From sequence record OU509535.1: 64,000 nt of DNA; one strand, written 5' to 3'. A model generated the notes under the pieces. It was not told the origin of the DNA and made no database searches. It worked only from the letters and a program-made list of their open reading frames with translations. Both the position numbers and the translations under genes were made by a program. Of the stretch, positions 28,931-38,770 are shown in pieces; the first letter of the stretch is position 1, and each line of letters starts with the position of its first letter.

Positions 28931-28960
28931 TTGAATAAACATTTCTCCTTGTGATATAAT
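28931..28960 (+). promoter_or_regulatory. sigma70-type promoter
   Basis: TTGAAT-18 nt-TATAAT with extended TG. Confidence 0.6.
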
Positions 28961-29004
28961 ACTATATGTAAAAGGATTTTACATAAGCACAAGGAGAGTC
29001 AAAG

Positions 29005-29733
29005 ATGATAGATAATTTAGCATTTGCATCCGAAATGGCTAATCAGTTGAACATGAGTAATTTTCAGAGTCTTACGCCAGTGATGGCGGAATATGCTGTT
29101 GCTCATGCCACCTGTGGTGAACAAGTTGGATCAGCAAATTTATTGGCTGATGTATTCAGTACTGTACAAAGTACCCAATACAGTGTTAAAATGTATAGGG
29201 ATAAGTTTGTACAGTTGTATATGCTTGATGTAATAAAAGAAGAACCAGAATGGACTGATTTTATTATTGAACGTAGGATTAGTGGTGTTTCTAATCCAGA
29301 TAAAGATGCAGTACAAGTATTTGATGAAATACTTCAAGATGTATATAGTAATGAACAAAAAAGTCTAAATCAATACAATGTACGTTCTACCAAGACAGTG
29401 CTCGTGGGATTTGATGAAGATGAAGAATATTACTATTTTCGTTGTACTGAAGTAGATTTTAAATACGAAACTCCCAGTACAGTTAAAGTTAAAGAATTTA
29501 CTGAAAAGAGTAAAAACTTCAAAAAACATTCTTCTAATATTAGTAATATAGTTGGTTATAATAAAGATGGTATTGACATATATCAATGGGTACACCCAAA
29601 TAACTCAACTTATACCAGATGTTTAAAGAAACGTTATAATTTAAAACAAGAAGAATCATTTTATTTTAAGATAAAGAAGCATTCCTATCAACGACCTGAT
29701 GAATCAGTGTTACTTGGTATGATTTACTTCTGA
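29005..29733 (+). CDS. Hypothetical protein
   Basis: AAGGAG SD, 242 aa, own promoter and terminator. Confidence 0.8.
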   Translation: MIDNLAFASEMANQLNMSNFQSLTPVMAEYAVAHATCGEQVGSANLLADVFSTVQSTQYSVKMYRDKFVQLYMLDVIKEEPEWTDFIIERRISGVSNPDKDAVQVFDEILQDVYSNEQKSLNQYNVRSTKTVLVGFDEDEEYYYFRCTEVDFKYETPSTVKVKEFTEKSKNFKKHSSNISNIVGYNKDGIDIYQWVHPNNSTYTRCLKKRYNLKQEESFYFKIKKHSYQRPDESVLLGMIYF

Positions 29734-29741
29734 TTTTAGTC

Positions 29742-29774
29742 GTCCAGTACAATATAAGTACTGGACATTTTTTT
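29742..29774 (+). terminator. Intrinsic terminator
   Basis: GTCCAGTAC-aatataa-GTACTGGAC then T tract. Confidence 0.75.
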
Positions 29775-29787
29775 AAGGTAAAAAAAA

Positions 29788-30066
29788 ATGAATATATTAC
29801 AAAAAGTTAATCTATTTGGAAAAGCGTATACAAATGCTTTTTATGGTATTGATAAACGTTATGAATATGTTAATTTTTTAAATAAAGAAATTGAATTTAG
29901 TGGAATGAATAGGTTATTGTCTGGTAAACGAGTAACTATTGTTTTTAATGGTTATCAGGGATATATTAATCAAATTCGTCATCTAGATGAGGAAATTTTT
30001 GCATACGTTTATACTAATAATGGAAATTTATTGATTAATTTATCTTTTTTGGAATTGATTGAATGA
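29788..30066 (+). CDS. Hypothetical protein, family A-like
   Basis: LLSGKRVTIVFNGYQGYINQI. Confidence 0.7.
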   Translation: MNILQKVNLFGKAYTNAFYGIDKRYEYVNFLNKEIEFSGMNRLLSGKRVTIVFNGYQGYINQIRHLDEEIFAYVYTNNGNLLINLSFLELIE

Positions 30067-30347
30067 AATTAATAGACCAAGTTATTCTTTATAAGAAAGT
30101 ATTTGATTATATGGAAGATTTTCTTGATGGTACACATTATGAATGTTGTATTTATGTTACATGGAAAATGAATGTAATGGAAATAGAAAAAGCTACCATT
30201 TCTAAAATAGTGCGTATAAAAAGCCTTGATACTATTGGTACTATTATTGAACTTAATATAGGAAGATATTTTGCATTTTTTGGTGTAAAAGTACCTGAAA
30301 ACGATTTTGCTCTTATAATTTCATTAGATGATATTGAGTTTCTTTGA
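30063..30347 (+). CDS. Hypothetical protein, family A-like
   Basis: N-terminus MKLIDQVILYKK parallels neighbours. Confidence 0.7.
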   Translation: MKLIDQVILYKKVFDYMEDFLDGTHYECCIYVTWKMNVMEIEKATISKIVRIKSLDTIGTIIELNIGRYFAFFGVKVPENDFALIISLDDIEFL

Positions 30348-30376
30348 GTTTTATCTATTTGGTAATATAAAATATT

Positions 30377-30688
30377 ATGGATAAATTACACAAAGCAGTA
30401 TTATTTTTAAAAGCATATAGCTATGAGTACTTACAAAGTCATGGAAAATGGAATGGTAGTTATAAGGATTTGTATTCATCTGTTTTTCTTAATGAAGTAA
30501 ATCTTGTGATATCAGAAGTACAAAAATTATATGAAAGAAAACTTGTGCATACGAGATTTGGTATTGGAATTATTATTAGTATATTTTGCTTCACATACGG
30601 TTCCTTTTTAGTCGCAATAGAAACAATAGTAGAAGGCAAACCACAAACAATAGTATTAAAATTAAGTGAGATATATCTGGATGAATGA
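30377..30688 (+). CDS. Hypothetical protein, family A-like
   Basis: EVQKLYERKLVHTRFGIGII. Confidence 0.7.
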   Translation: MDKLHKAVLFLKAYSYEYLQSHGKWNGSYKDLYSSVFLNEVNLVISEVQKLYERKLVHTRFGIGIIISIFCFTYGSFLVAIETIVEGKPQTIVLKLSEIYLDE

Positions 30689-30953
30689 ACATTTTAATAG
30701 AATACAATTAATTACCCAACTTCTACAAATGGTTGATGACACATTTGATGAATTAAAAAATAATCTTATGAATAAGAAAATCAAATGTAAGGTATATATG
30801 AATGATGGTGATTATTTCGATATGCGTGAAGTTGAAGTAACTGGAATTGTTACTAATATTACTTTGTATGAATATGATCTAACTATTACAGTGAAAATCG
30901 ACGAAGGTCGTGAATATTACGTTTGTAATCAACATATTGAGGTGGTTGAATGA
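30681..30953 (+). CDS. Hypothetical protein, family A-like
   Basis: DELKNNLMNKKIKC. Confidence 0.7.
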   Translation: MNEHFNRIQLITQLLQMVDDTFDELKNNLMNKKIKCKVYMNDGDYFDMREVEVTGIVTNITLYEYDLTITVKIDEGREYYVCNQHIEVVE

Positions 30954-32095
30954 GTTTAGTAGAAATCTATAATGATTTAATGAATTTAGTACAAAATAAT
31001 GAAGCATTTGAATATAAAGATCAGCGTTCAATTGGTGGTGGTTTGTATAGAATCTTTTCTTATCGAATGGCCTCATATACTGATTTCTGTGAACCTAATG
31101 CCAAAGAAACACGAGGTTCAATGTGGGAAATCAATGAAGATGGTACTATGATTCGTTGTGCAGCACGTACTATGAATAAATTTTTTAACGCATATGAAAA
31201 CCCATTCACAATGTTTGATAAAAATATGCTTAGTACTGAAATTGAAGTGGCGATGGATAAACGAGACGGTTCTATTATCAGTACTTTCAGAGATAATGAC
31301 GGAATTATTCGTTGTAAATCTCACACTTCTCTATCTTCAGAACACGCAATTAATAGTAATGCTATCATGCGTCCTGGTTCTAGTTTATATCAATACGTAG
31401 AAGAAGCTGAACTTCAACAATATACCGTGAACCTCGAATATACTTCACCTGAATATCGTATTGTATTGCCATACCAGAGCGAGAAACTGACTGTATTGAA
31501 CGTTCGTCATCGAATCACTGGTGAACTACTGTGTGGTGAAAAACTGCGTCAGAAGTTTCCTATGCTCTCTATGCGTAGCACTAATATGATAAATGGTCAG
31601 AACATTGCCAGTAATTTTCCAATGCGTACTACAGTACTTGAAACTGTGGAAGCAGTAAAAGGAATGCGAGACATTGAAGGATTTGTGGCAGTACTGAAAG
31701 ATGGCACAATGTTTAAAATTAAAACAGATTGGTACTGTGCTTTGCATTTTAATAAGGATAGTATTAATGTTGATTCTAGACTTTATGAATCAGTGCTACA
31801 AGGTGCAAGTGATGATTTAAGACAAATGTTCTCTAATGATCAGTATTGTCTTGATAAGATTAAAAGGATGGAAGATTTAGTATTCAGTACTTATAATTCT
31901 TTTGAAAAATTTGTTAATGATTTTTACAATGAATTTAAACATTTAGAACGCAAAGAATATGCACTAAAAGTACAGAAACTTCTACCAAAAGAATTAAATC
32001 ATCAGGGTTATGCTTTCTCTTTGTATAACAATAAACCGTTTGATTTAAAGGAAAACATGATCAAATACAGCAAAGAAGTATTAAAAGATTTCTAA
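30950..32095 (+). CDS. rnlA: RNA ligase 1 (T4 Rnl1-like)
   Basis: MNKFFN, motif I KRDGS, NLEY, EGFV, FKIKTDWY. Confidence 0.9.
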   Translation: MSLVEIYNDLMNLVQNNEAFEYKDQRSIGGGLYRIFSYRMASYTDFCEPNAKETRGSMWEINEDGTMIRCAARTMNKFFNAYENPFTMFDKNMLSTEIEVAMDKRDGSIISTFRDNDGIIRCKSHTSLSSEHAINSNAIMRPGSSLYQYVEEAELQQYTVNLEYTSPEYRIVLPYQSEKLTVLNVRHRITGELLCGEKLRQKFPMLSMRSTNMINGQNIASNFPMRTTVLETVEAVKGMRDIEGFVAVLKDGTMFKIKTDWYCALHFNKDSINVDSRLYESVLQGASDDLRQMFSNDQYCLDKIKRMEDLVFSTYNSFEKFVNDFYNEFKHLERKEYALKVQKLLPKELNHQGYAFSLYNNKPFDLKENMIKYSKEVLKDF

Positions 32096-32107
32096 TAAGG
32101 ACACCAA

Positions 32108-32281
32108 ATGAAGAAAAGGAATTCGTGGAGTACTCCTGAAGAATATAGGAAGATTCAGTGTTATTTTGATACAATACACAAAGAAAAATCCAGTTCAGGA
32201 GTACGAAAAAACAGAAATAAAATTAATACTAAAAAGAAAGAACGTATATATTCTTTAGAACGCCATACAAGAGAAGCTTAA
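32108..32281 (+). CDS. Small basic protein (57 aa, not in ORF track)
   Basis: AAGGA SD then MKKRNSWSTPEEY...HTREA*. Confidence 0.55.
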   Translation: MKKRNSWSTPEEYRKIQCYFDTIHKEKSSSGVRKNRNKINTKKKERIYSLERHTREA

Positions 32282-32294
32282 ACGGGAGATTATT

Positions 32295-32507
32295 ATGAAA
32301 GTACAAATTCAGCACAGTATTGTTCAAGACATGTCAGTGGTTAAATTTAACAATCTTCATGATTTTTTTAGATGTATTGACTTTCTCGATAATTCATGTT
32401 TAGAATATGATATGATAAAATACAGTTCAGTTCTTGATACTGCCAGTATCAGAGTGAATGAATTGGTACTACATAAATTTAGCAAACGTTTCGGGATTGG
32501 GAAATGA
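32295..32507 (+). CDS. Hypothetical protein
   Basis: GGGAG SD, 70 aa. Confidence 0.7.
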   Translation: MKVQIQHSIVQDMSVVKFNNLHDFFRCIDFLDNSCLEYDMIKYSSVLDTASIRVNELVLHKFSKRFGIGK

Positions 32508-32770
32508 TTATGTATGAAAAATTTATATCAACTAAAGAAATGCTTCAAAGGTTGATTGACGATAATGACAAAGAAATTATAAGGTATTACACTGGAAAAA
32601 AAGTAAAAATTTCTGCTGAACTCCTTGAGGAACTCGAATTGGAATCGGATGATGATATTGTATGGACTATATATGCAGTCACTGTATTCGATGATTGCCT
32701 ATTTTTTGATGTAGAACACGGTGATGATGATTTACAAGATTTAGAAATAGATGATCTTATATTTCTTTGA
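32504..32770 (+). CDS. Hypothetical protein, family A-like
   Basis: IIRYYTGKKVKI. Confidence 0.7.
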   Translation: MIMYEKFISTKEMLQRLIDDNDKEIIRYYTGKKVKISAELLEELELESDDDIVWTIYAVTVFDDCLFFDVEHGDDDLQDLEIDDLIFL

Positions 32771-32778
32771 GAATAAAA

Positions 32779-33045
32779 ATGAATACAGAACAAGCTATTA
32801 GTACTATTGAAAATTTAAATAACACTTTAGGAATTCTTGAAAAAATTAAGTTAGATGTTGAATATCAAGTACAAAATTTATTTTTGAATAAGAAAGCATT
32901 ATTCAAGGATGGCACGGAAGGATATATTGTCGAGTTGTTTTCTGAAAATGTAAACCTACCTTATGATTTTCAATTTCTTGTTCGTTCAGAAGGTGGATAC
33001 TTAGATTATATATATGAGGTAAAAGATTTTGTGCAATTCATCTAA
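32779..33045 (+). CDS. Hypothetical protein, family A-like
   Basis: QNLFLNKKALFKDGTEGYIVEL. Confidence 0.7.
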   Translation: MNTEQAISTIENLNNTLGILEKIKLDVEYQVQNLFLNKKALFKDGTEGYIVELFSENVNLPYDFQFLVRSEGGYLDYIYEVKDFVQFI

Positions 33046-33271
33046 AATAATTAAGCAGTACGAACAATACGTAACTATGCTTGAAACCATGAATGCGGAA
33101 TTAGAAGTTTCTGCATTTAATTCTGTACATAGATACTTTATAAATCGTCCAGTGTTATATAAAAACAATGAATATAAAATTCAAAATGTATTCAGAGATG
33201 AAGAAAGTACTATAATTTTCCTACTGTATAATAATATATATGTGGATTATACTGAAGTAACGTTTATTTAA
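33029..33271 (+). CDS. Hypothetical protein, family A-like
   Basis: HRYFINRPVLYK. Confidence 0.65.
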   Translation: MCNSSKIIKQYEQYVTMLETMNAELEVSAFNSVHRYFINRPVLYKNNEYKIQNVFRDEESTIIFLLYNNIYVDYTEVTFI

Positions 33272-33282
33272 AGGACATAATA

Positions 33283-34227
33283 ATGCCAACAATCACATTA
33301 ACAGTTGGACTTCCCGGATGTGGCAAGACTACATGGGCTGTTGAAGAAGTTCGAAGATCTAAAAGTAAAACAGTAAACATCAACCGTGATGATATGCGAG
33401 AAAGCATGGCTGGTTCTCATGAGAATTATAAGTTCAAAGATGATAATGAGAAGTACATAGACGCTATGCAAATTGCAGCAGCAGATACAGCAGCAAAGAA
33501 TAAGTGGAATATTATTATTTCAGATACCAACCTAAAGTTATCTATCCGAAAGAAATGGAAAGATTGGGCTAAAGCCAATGGCTATGATTACAAAGAAAAG
33601 AATTTCTTTGATGACTTTGTAGCAAAAAGTACTTCAGGTGCAGATGTTCATCAGTACTTTAAAATTAAAGAATTTGTAAAACAATGCAAAGACTATAATT
33701 TACTTCGCTACAAATCAGTACCTGAATCAGTAATTGATAATATGGCCGATTCTTATTTGTATAGCACTATGCCCATTCCTTCAGTACAGAAAGATTCGAT
33801 GTATGATTTTAATACTGAATATATCATTGTTGATATTGATGGTACTTTAGCACATAGGGGAAATCGCAACCCATATGATGAAAGTACTGTACTGGAAGAT
33901 ACACCAGATCTTGAAGTTATTCGTTCAGTACTGGCTGAAGTGAACCATCATAAACGAAAGGTTATTATCATGAGTGGTCGTCATGAAACTTGTGCAAAAG
34001 ACACTCGTTTGTGGCTCCATGAAAATGGAGTTCCATTTGAATATCTTTTCATGCGTTCAGAAAATGACAATCGTCCAGATGATGTGGTAAAGTACGAATT
34101 GTACATGAAACATGTTGCCCCATATTATAATGTTGTTAAAGTTTATGATGACCGACAACAAGTGTGTACGATGTGGCGTAAATTACTGAAATTGAAAGTT
34201 TTTCAAGTTGATGTTGGAAATTTTTGA
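33283..34227 (+). CDS. pseT: Polynucleotide 5'-kinase/3'-phosphatase
   Basis: P-loop GLPGCGKTT, NRDD, HAD motif DIDGT, SGR, DDR..VCTMWR. Confidence 0.95.
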   Translation: MPTITLTVGLPGCGKTTWAVEEVRRSKSKTVNINRDDMRESMAGSHENYKFKDDNEKYIDAMQIAAADTAAKNKWNIIISDTNLKLSIRKKWKDWAKANGYDYKEKNFFDDFVAKSTSGADVHQYFKIKEFVKQCKDYNLLRYKSVPESVIDNMADSYLYSTMPIPSVQKDSMYDFNTEYIIVDIDGTLAHRGNRNPYDESTVLEDTPDLEVIRSVLAEVNHHKRKVIIMSGRHETCAKDTRLWLHENGVPFEYLFMRSENDNRPDDVVKYELYMKHVAPYYNVVKVYDDRQQVCTMWRKLLKLKVFQVDVGNF

Positions 34228-34235
34228 TGATTATT

Positions 34236-34268
34236 GAAGGGGAACACTTGATCCCCTTCTCTTCTTTT
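34236..34268 (+). terminator. Hairpin/terminator overlapping a promoter -35
   Basis: GAAGGGGA-acacttga-TCCCCTTC then pyrimidine tract. Confidence 0.6.
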
Positions 34269-34276
34269 GATAAAAT
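34248..34276 (+). promoter_or_regulatory. sigma70-type promoter
   Basis: TTGATC-17 nt-TAAAAT with extended TG. Confidence 0.55.
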
Positions 34277-34326
34277 AGAACTACAAATAGAAAAATAATC
34301 AAGACTCGGTACTTGGGATAAGAAAA

Positions 34327-34596
34327 ATGAAACAATTTTATGAGCACTGGAAAATGTTATTTAATAGTACAGAGTCGTTGTACTGGAATAGATATTATTT
34401 CGGTTGTATCAATGAATTGTATAATCATTTTTTATATGAAGCTAATTCATCATTAAAAGGACAAACAGTTAAACACAATGCCTACGGTGAGTGCAGAATT
34501 GCAAGAGTTTATTCTTTTTATGATGATGATGAACTATTTTGTACAACATATTCGAATTTATACAGAATGGATGTAAAATTGCGAGATTTAATTTAA
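34327..34596 (+). CDS. Hypothetical protein, family A-like
   Basis: EANSSLKGQTVKH. Confidence 0.7.
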   Translation: MKQFYEHWKMLFNSTESLYWNRYYFGCINELYNHFLYEANSSLKGQTVKHNAYGECRIARVYSFYDDDELFCTTYSNLYRMDVKLRDLI

Positions 34597-34898
34597 TGAA
34601 TTTATCAGAATACATAAAATTGACTAAATTTTCAGATTCAGTGAATGATCGTATGTTTGAGGAATTTTGTGATAATACTGAATATTTAAATATAGTAATG
34701 GGTATTTTGCATAAACATCTAAATGGATACGTTGATGAACTTAATAAAAAATTAAAAAACAGAGAACTTTTCGTGTATGGTTTAGGTTATTGTGTAATTT
34801 ATGATGTTTATCGTTCGATACACGGTGAATTAAAATGTACAGTAACATTTGAAAATGAATATCATAATGTCTATATGAAATACTCAAAACTTGTATGA
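34596..34898 (+). CDS. Hypothetical protein, family A-like
   Basis: TAATG overlap; DELNKKLKNRELFV. Confidence 0.7.
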   Translation: MNLSEYIKLTKFSDSVNDRMFEEFCDNTEYLNIVMGILHKHLNGYVDELNKKLKNRELFVYGLGYCVIYDVYRSIHGELKCTVTFENEYHNVYMKYSKLV

Positions 34899-35188
34899 AT
34901 AAAATAAAATCACTTGATATTGCTTATACCCTATTTTATATCAAAGATCATATAGATGACTCTTTTTACAAAGTTATAGTCGATTATACAGAGAATTTAA
35001 TACAAGAACTTAACACAATACTTATAGGTAGTAGTTGTATTGTTAAACCATCTGGTGTTGAATTCAAAGCTACAATTGATTCAATATTGTTTAGTTCTAT
35101 TTCTGGTTTAGTATATAAAGTAACTGAAAATACTAAATCATTTTATAGTTATCGTTATGTTAATCCATTAAAAATTGAGTTCTTATGA
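34895..35188 (+). CDS. Hypothetical protein, family A-like
   Basis: QELNTILIGSSCIV. Confidence 0.7.
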   Translation: MNKIKSLDIAYTLFYIKDHIDDSFYKVIVDYTENLIQELNTILIGSSCIVKPSGVEFKATIDSILFSSISGLVYKVTENTKSFYSYRYVNPLKIEFL

Positions 35189-35460
35189 AATCACTCAAAG
35201 AAGATATTAATTTCAAATTATTATCAGTACTGAAAGAACATACTTTTAGTAACCCACTTTGTCAAGATTTACTTAATTCAATATATTATAATAAAATTAC
35301 CAAATATGTTGATAATAAATGTTATTTTATTCATGATGAAGAAAAATTATACTCAACCATAAATGGGTTTTTTGTATCAAAAAACGGTGATGTTTTATGT
35401 TATTTGTATCATAATAAAACATACAATTTTATAGAATTAAAGGATGTATATATTGAATAA
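35185..35460 (+). CDS. Hypothetical protein, family A-like
   Basis: ITKYVDNKCYFI. Confidence 0.7.
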   Translation: MKSLKEDINFKLLSVLKEHTFSNPLCQDLLNSIYYNKITKYVDNKCYFIHDEEKLYSTINGFFVSKNGDVLCYLYHNKTYNFIELKDVYIE

Positions 35461-35737
35461 TATACAGGATGATATAGAAAGGAGAATATACTTCATTGTA
35501 GTGTGTTATAAAAGAAAATACACTACACAGTACTATAATTTCTGGAATGCAAGATTAAATTTGGAAATTAAAAACATATTATACTACCAGAGGATATTGT
35601 ATGGATTCTTATTTAGATGAATTGATTATTGATTTACTAGTTTCTTCAGTACTATCACGTCGCGGTGAACAAAAAGAACGCAAATACAATAAAGAAAAAT
35701 TTGATGATTATTTGCGTGGTTTTCTGGGAAGATTCAG

Positions 35738-35923
35738 ATGAATCAACATAAAGATTACAAATATCATAAGCTGCTTGATGAATTCACAGAAAACATAAAA
35801 ATGTATGGGGTGCTAAAACAAATAGAAACAAAACATAAAACAGGAGACTATTTCAATAAAAGATGTAATTCAATTATAAAGAGATTTGTTACAGAAAGTA
35901 ATTTTATTATTAAAGGAAAATAA
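35738..35923 (+). CDS. Small hypothetical protein
   Basis: 61 aa; region 35453-36080 also holds several ORFs under 60 aa. Confidence 0.55.
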   Translation: MNQHKDYKYHKLLDEFTENIKMYGVLKQIETKHKTGDYFNKRCNSIIKRFVTESNFIIKGK

Positions 35924-36130
35924 TTTATGGATATTGATGATACGTATTTATATAATCTTGAATTAGTGAGAGTTGGTGTATTATTGACCACTTATTATAC
36001 TAACTACAAATGTATTAATTCTGTTATAAATTCTATACTTGATTCATGGGTATATTATAGTTCCAGATTACTATAAAGATTAATTTAAATTTAAGTTACA
36101 AAACACATAACTTCGAAAGTATAAAATTTG

Positions 36131-36430
36131 ATGAATAAAATAAATGTTGCATACCATACTTGGGAAATGCTTTTTGACTTAACTGATGATTTTTATCCAA
36201 GTAACTATTCAAATGTTTATTATGAAGTATATAAAAATTATTATTCAGAACTTAATAATTATGTCAAAGGAACTAAAGTTGAACTTATATTATTATATTC
36301 AGTGAGTCCTTCAAAACTAGGAACTGTTAATTCAATAAATGTGACACCATTTGGATTACACTTTGAAATAGAACTGTGCCATAATTCAGTAATCGTTTTC
36401 CGTGAATATTGTGAAATAAAAGAATGTTAA
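36131..36430 (+). CDS. Hypothetical protein, family A-like
   Basis: SELNNYVKGTKVEL. Confidence 0.7.
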   Translation: MNKINVAYHTWEMLFDLTDDFYPSNYSNVYYEVYKNYYSELNNYVKGTKVELILLYSVSPSKLGTVNSINVTPFGLHFEIELCHNSVIVFREYCEIKEC

Positions 36431-36444
36431 TATGTGGGGTTATC

Positions 36445-36705
36445 ATGAATTTAAAAACTGATATAGAATATTTCAATTTACTTATGTCATTAGTAAATGA
36501 ACAATTGGAGCACATGAATAATACTTATAAAAATACCAATGTATTAATAGATTCATATAAACAAAATTTATATGATGAAGAGGGAAAAATTTTATTATTT
36601 GATATTTCGGATAAAGACGCTACATTAATGATAAGTGTTCAGTACAGTAACAGTTGGTTTGGTCATTTAAACTCAGAATATCATGATTTTGTGATCAAAA
36701 AATAA
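36445..36705 (+). CDS. Hypothetical protein, family A-like
   Basis: GGGG SD; EHMNNTYKNTNVLI. Confidence 0.7.
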   Translation: MNLKTDIEYFNLLMSLVNEQLEHMNNTYKNTNVLIDSYKQNLYDEEGKILLFDISDKDATLMISVQYSNSWFGHLNSEYHDFVIKK

Positions 36706-36715
36706 CAAAAAAATA

Positions 36716-36810
36716 TTGCAATGGCTTATATTGTGTTGTATAGTCTGTGTATCAGTATCACTGATGGATGTAAAATAAAAATTGAATATTTTTCGTATCA
36801 ATGATATAGT
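36716..36810 (+). promoter_or_regulatory. Tandem sigma70-type promoters
   Basis: TTGCAA-17-TATAGT (36716-36744) and TTGAAT-17-TATAGT (36782-36810). Confidence 0.7.
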
Positions 36811-36839
36811 GTTATAAACATATAAAAGAGGAAATAAAA

Positions 36840-37511
36840 ATGATCGCTATCTGGTTTATTATGGTTATTCTTGTCGGTGTTTGGGCTAATGCATGGGGTC
36901 GTAGTGGTATTTTATTCGGTCTGCTGTCACTAATTTTATCACCACTGATTGGTGCAATTGTGCTTCTTTGTGCTGGTAAAAAAGTTGTTGCAACACAACC
37001 ACAAAATATGCAACCAATTCAGAACATCGTAATTCATACCAACGGTACTACTCCACCAGAAGTACAAGTGACAACTGATACTACTGTACTGGAAAAAGAA
37101 GACGAATCTGATAAAAAAAAAGATCAAAGTCTTGAACCCGTAGAAGCAACCGAAGTATCTGAAGTAGTAAATGAGGTTGTTGAATCTTCTCCAAAAGAAG
37201 ATAATACGAATCCAGTACCAGTTACTAAACAAAAGAGAGCACAACAAGCGAAAAAAGCACGCACTGTTAAAAAGAAATCAAATACTGTTGGTGCAACTAA
37301 ACAAACAAAAACAACTAAAACTGTTGTCGATGATTCCAGTACTAAAAATACATCAAACAACAATGATAGTATTGATAGTACTTCAATCGTGCCTGGCGTA
37401 GCCGCTGCTGTTATTACAACCCAAATCCTAACGGAGAGTAGTTCAGTGGATAGTAGCTCTTCATACGATTCTGGAAGTTGTGACAGTTCTTCAAGTTCTT
37501 CATGTGATTAA
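36840..37511 (+). CDS. Membrane protein with low-complexity tail
   Basis: Two N-terminal TM helices (AWGRSG..FG..SLILSPLIG), charged linker, Ser/Asp/Cys-rich C-terminus; strong SD AGAGGA. Confidence 0.8.
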   Translation: MIAIWFIMVILVGVWANAWGRSGILFGLLSLILSPLIGAIVLLCAGKKVVATQPQNMQPIQNIVIHTNGTTPPEVQVTTDTTVLEKEDESDKKKDQSLEPVEATEVSEVVNEVVESSPKEDNTNPVPVTKQKRAQQAKKARTVKKKSNTVGATKQTKTTKTVVDDSSTKNTSNNNDSIDSTSIVPGVAAAVITTQILTESSSVDSSSSYDSGSCDSSSSSSCD

Positions 37512-37516
37512 TAAAC

Positions 37517-37545
37517 AAAAGAAGCCCAAATAAGGGCTTCTTTTT
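37517..37545 (+). terminator. Intrinsic terminator
   Basis: AAAAGAAGCCC-aaataa-GGGCTTCTTTT. Confidence 0.85.
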
Positions 37546-37573
37546 ATTTAAGTAAAATATATTAAGGATTAAT

Positions 37574-38320
37574 ATGAGACATTATTTACAAGTAACCGTA
37601 CCGGATGAGAAGGAATTATATATTGTTGGTGATATTCATGGCAATGCAAGACTATGGGATTTAACTAAAAAAGAATTTGGAATCACTGATAATGATATAG
37701 TATTCAGTCTAGGCGATATTGTGGATCGTGGTAAAAATAATTCCAAATTACTATTTGAATTTCTTTTTCAAGACAATCGTTATATGATTAACGGTAATCA
37801 CGAATCAATGCTCGTTGATGGATTGACTAATCGTGAATGGTATCATTGTCATATGAGTAATGGTGGAGACAAACTATACGAAGAACTTGGTCATACTGGT
37901 GTAGAATTCTTTGCTCAGTACTTAAAAGATTTACCCATGATCATAGAAATACGTTATCGTGGTATGAAAATTGGATTAGTACACGGTTGCTGTCCTTTAC
38001 GTTATACAGACTGGAACGAATTTTTAACTGATAGTTCAACGTTATCTCCAAAAATTGTTGAAGAATGTATTTGGTCCAGAAATGATTTTGACTATGTAAA
38101 ACAAAACAACACTTATCATTCACCAAGAATTTCCAATATTGATTATGTTATTTCAGGACATTCCCCTGTATTTGATCCACTAATTTATGGAAACCGATGG
38201 TGGATTGATTCACAATTTAGTACTGGAGATTTGACTGTAGTACAACCAAACAGTGGGAAACTGAGATATTTTAGAAGAGAAAAGGATGCATATTCTTTTG
38301 ATCGTAAACGTGGTTATTAA
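37574..38320 (+). CDS. Ser/Thr protein phosphatase (NinI/PphA-like metallophosphoesterase)
   Basis: GDIHG, GDIVDRG, GNHE, GHSP motifs. Confidence 0.9.
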   Translation: MRHYLQVTVPDEKELYIVGDIHGNARLWDLTKKEFGITDNDIVFSLGDIVDRGKNNSKLLFEFLFQDNRYMINGNHESMLVDGLTNREWYHCHMSNGGDKLYEELGHTGVEFFAQYLKDLPMIIEIRYRGMKIGLVHGCCPLRYTDWNEFLTDSSTLSPKIVEECIWSRNDFDYVKQNNTYHSPRISNIDYVISGHSPVFDPLIYGNRWWIDSQFSTGDLTVVQPNSGKLRYFRREKDAYSFDRKRGY

Positions 38321-38332
38321 TAAGGATAAAAT

Positions 38333-38770
38333 ATGAAACTATATATATTAGTTAACAGTTATTGTACTGGTAAACAAGCATATATTCAGGCAATGCACGC
38401 TGGTTTTGATCTACTCATGAAATATCATGATGATTCAACCTATGGTACCAAATGTGTTGATATGATCACCGATTGGTACAATAATCATAAAACAGTAGTA
38501 GTACTGAATGCTGGTAATTCAGATATGCTTCATTATTATGAGACCATTCTTGACGCACAACAAACAGTTCCATACGATGTTTTCTGTGAACCTGGACTGG
38601 ATGGTGCCATGACTGCAATCGCAGTACTCGCAAGTACTGAAATGGTGGAAGATATGAAACATATGCGTGATGGTTTATATGATGATGTTCCTGGGTTTTT
38701 TGGTGTAAAATACGGGTGTGAATTAGAAGAAATCCTAACTGACATTAGTACCATGAGAACTGTGGATTAA
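38333..38770 (+). CDS. Peptidyl-tRNA hydrolase 2 (Pth2)-like protein
   Basis: YILV....GKQAYIQAMHA...W....KTVVVL...EPGLDGAMTAIAV pattern. Confidence 0.7.
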   Translation: MKLYILVNSYCTGKQAYIQAMHAGFDLLMKYHDDSTYGTKCVDMITDWYNNHKTVVVLNAGNSDMLHYYETILDAQQTVPYDVFCEPGLDGAMTAIAVLASTEMVEDMKHMRDGLYDDVPGFFGVKYGCELEEILTDISTMRTVD

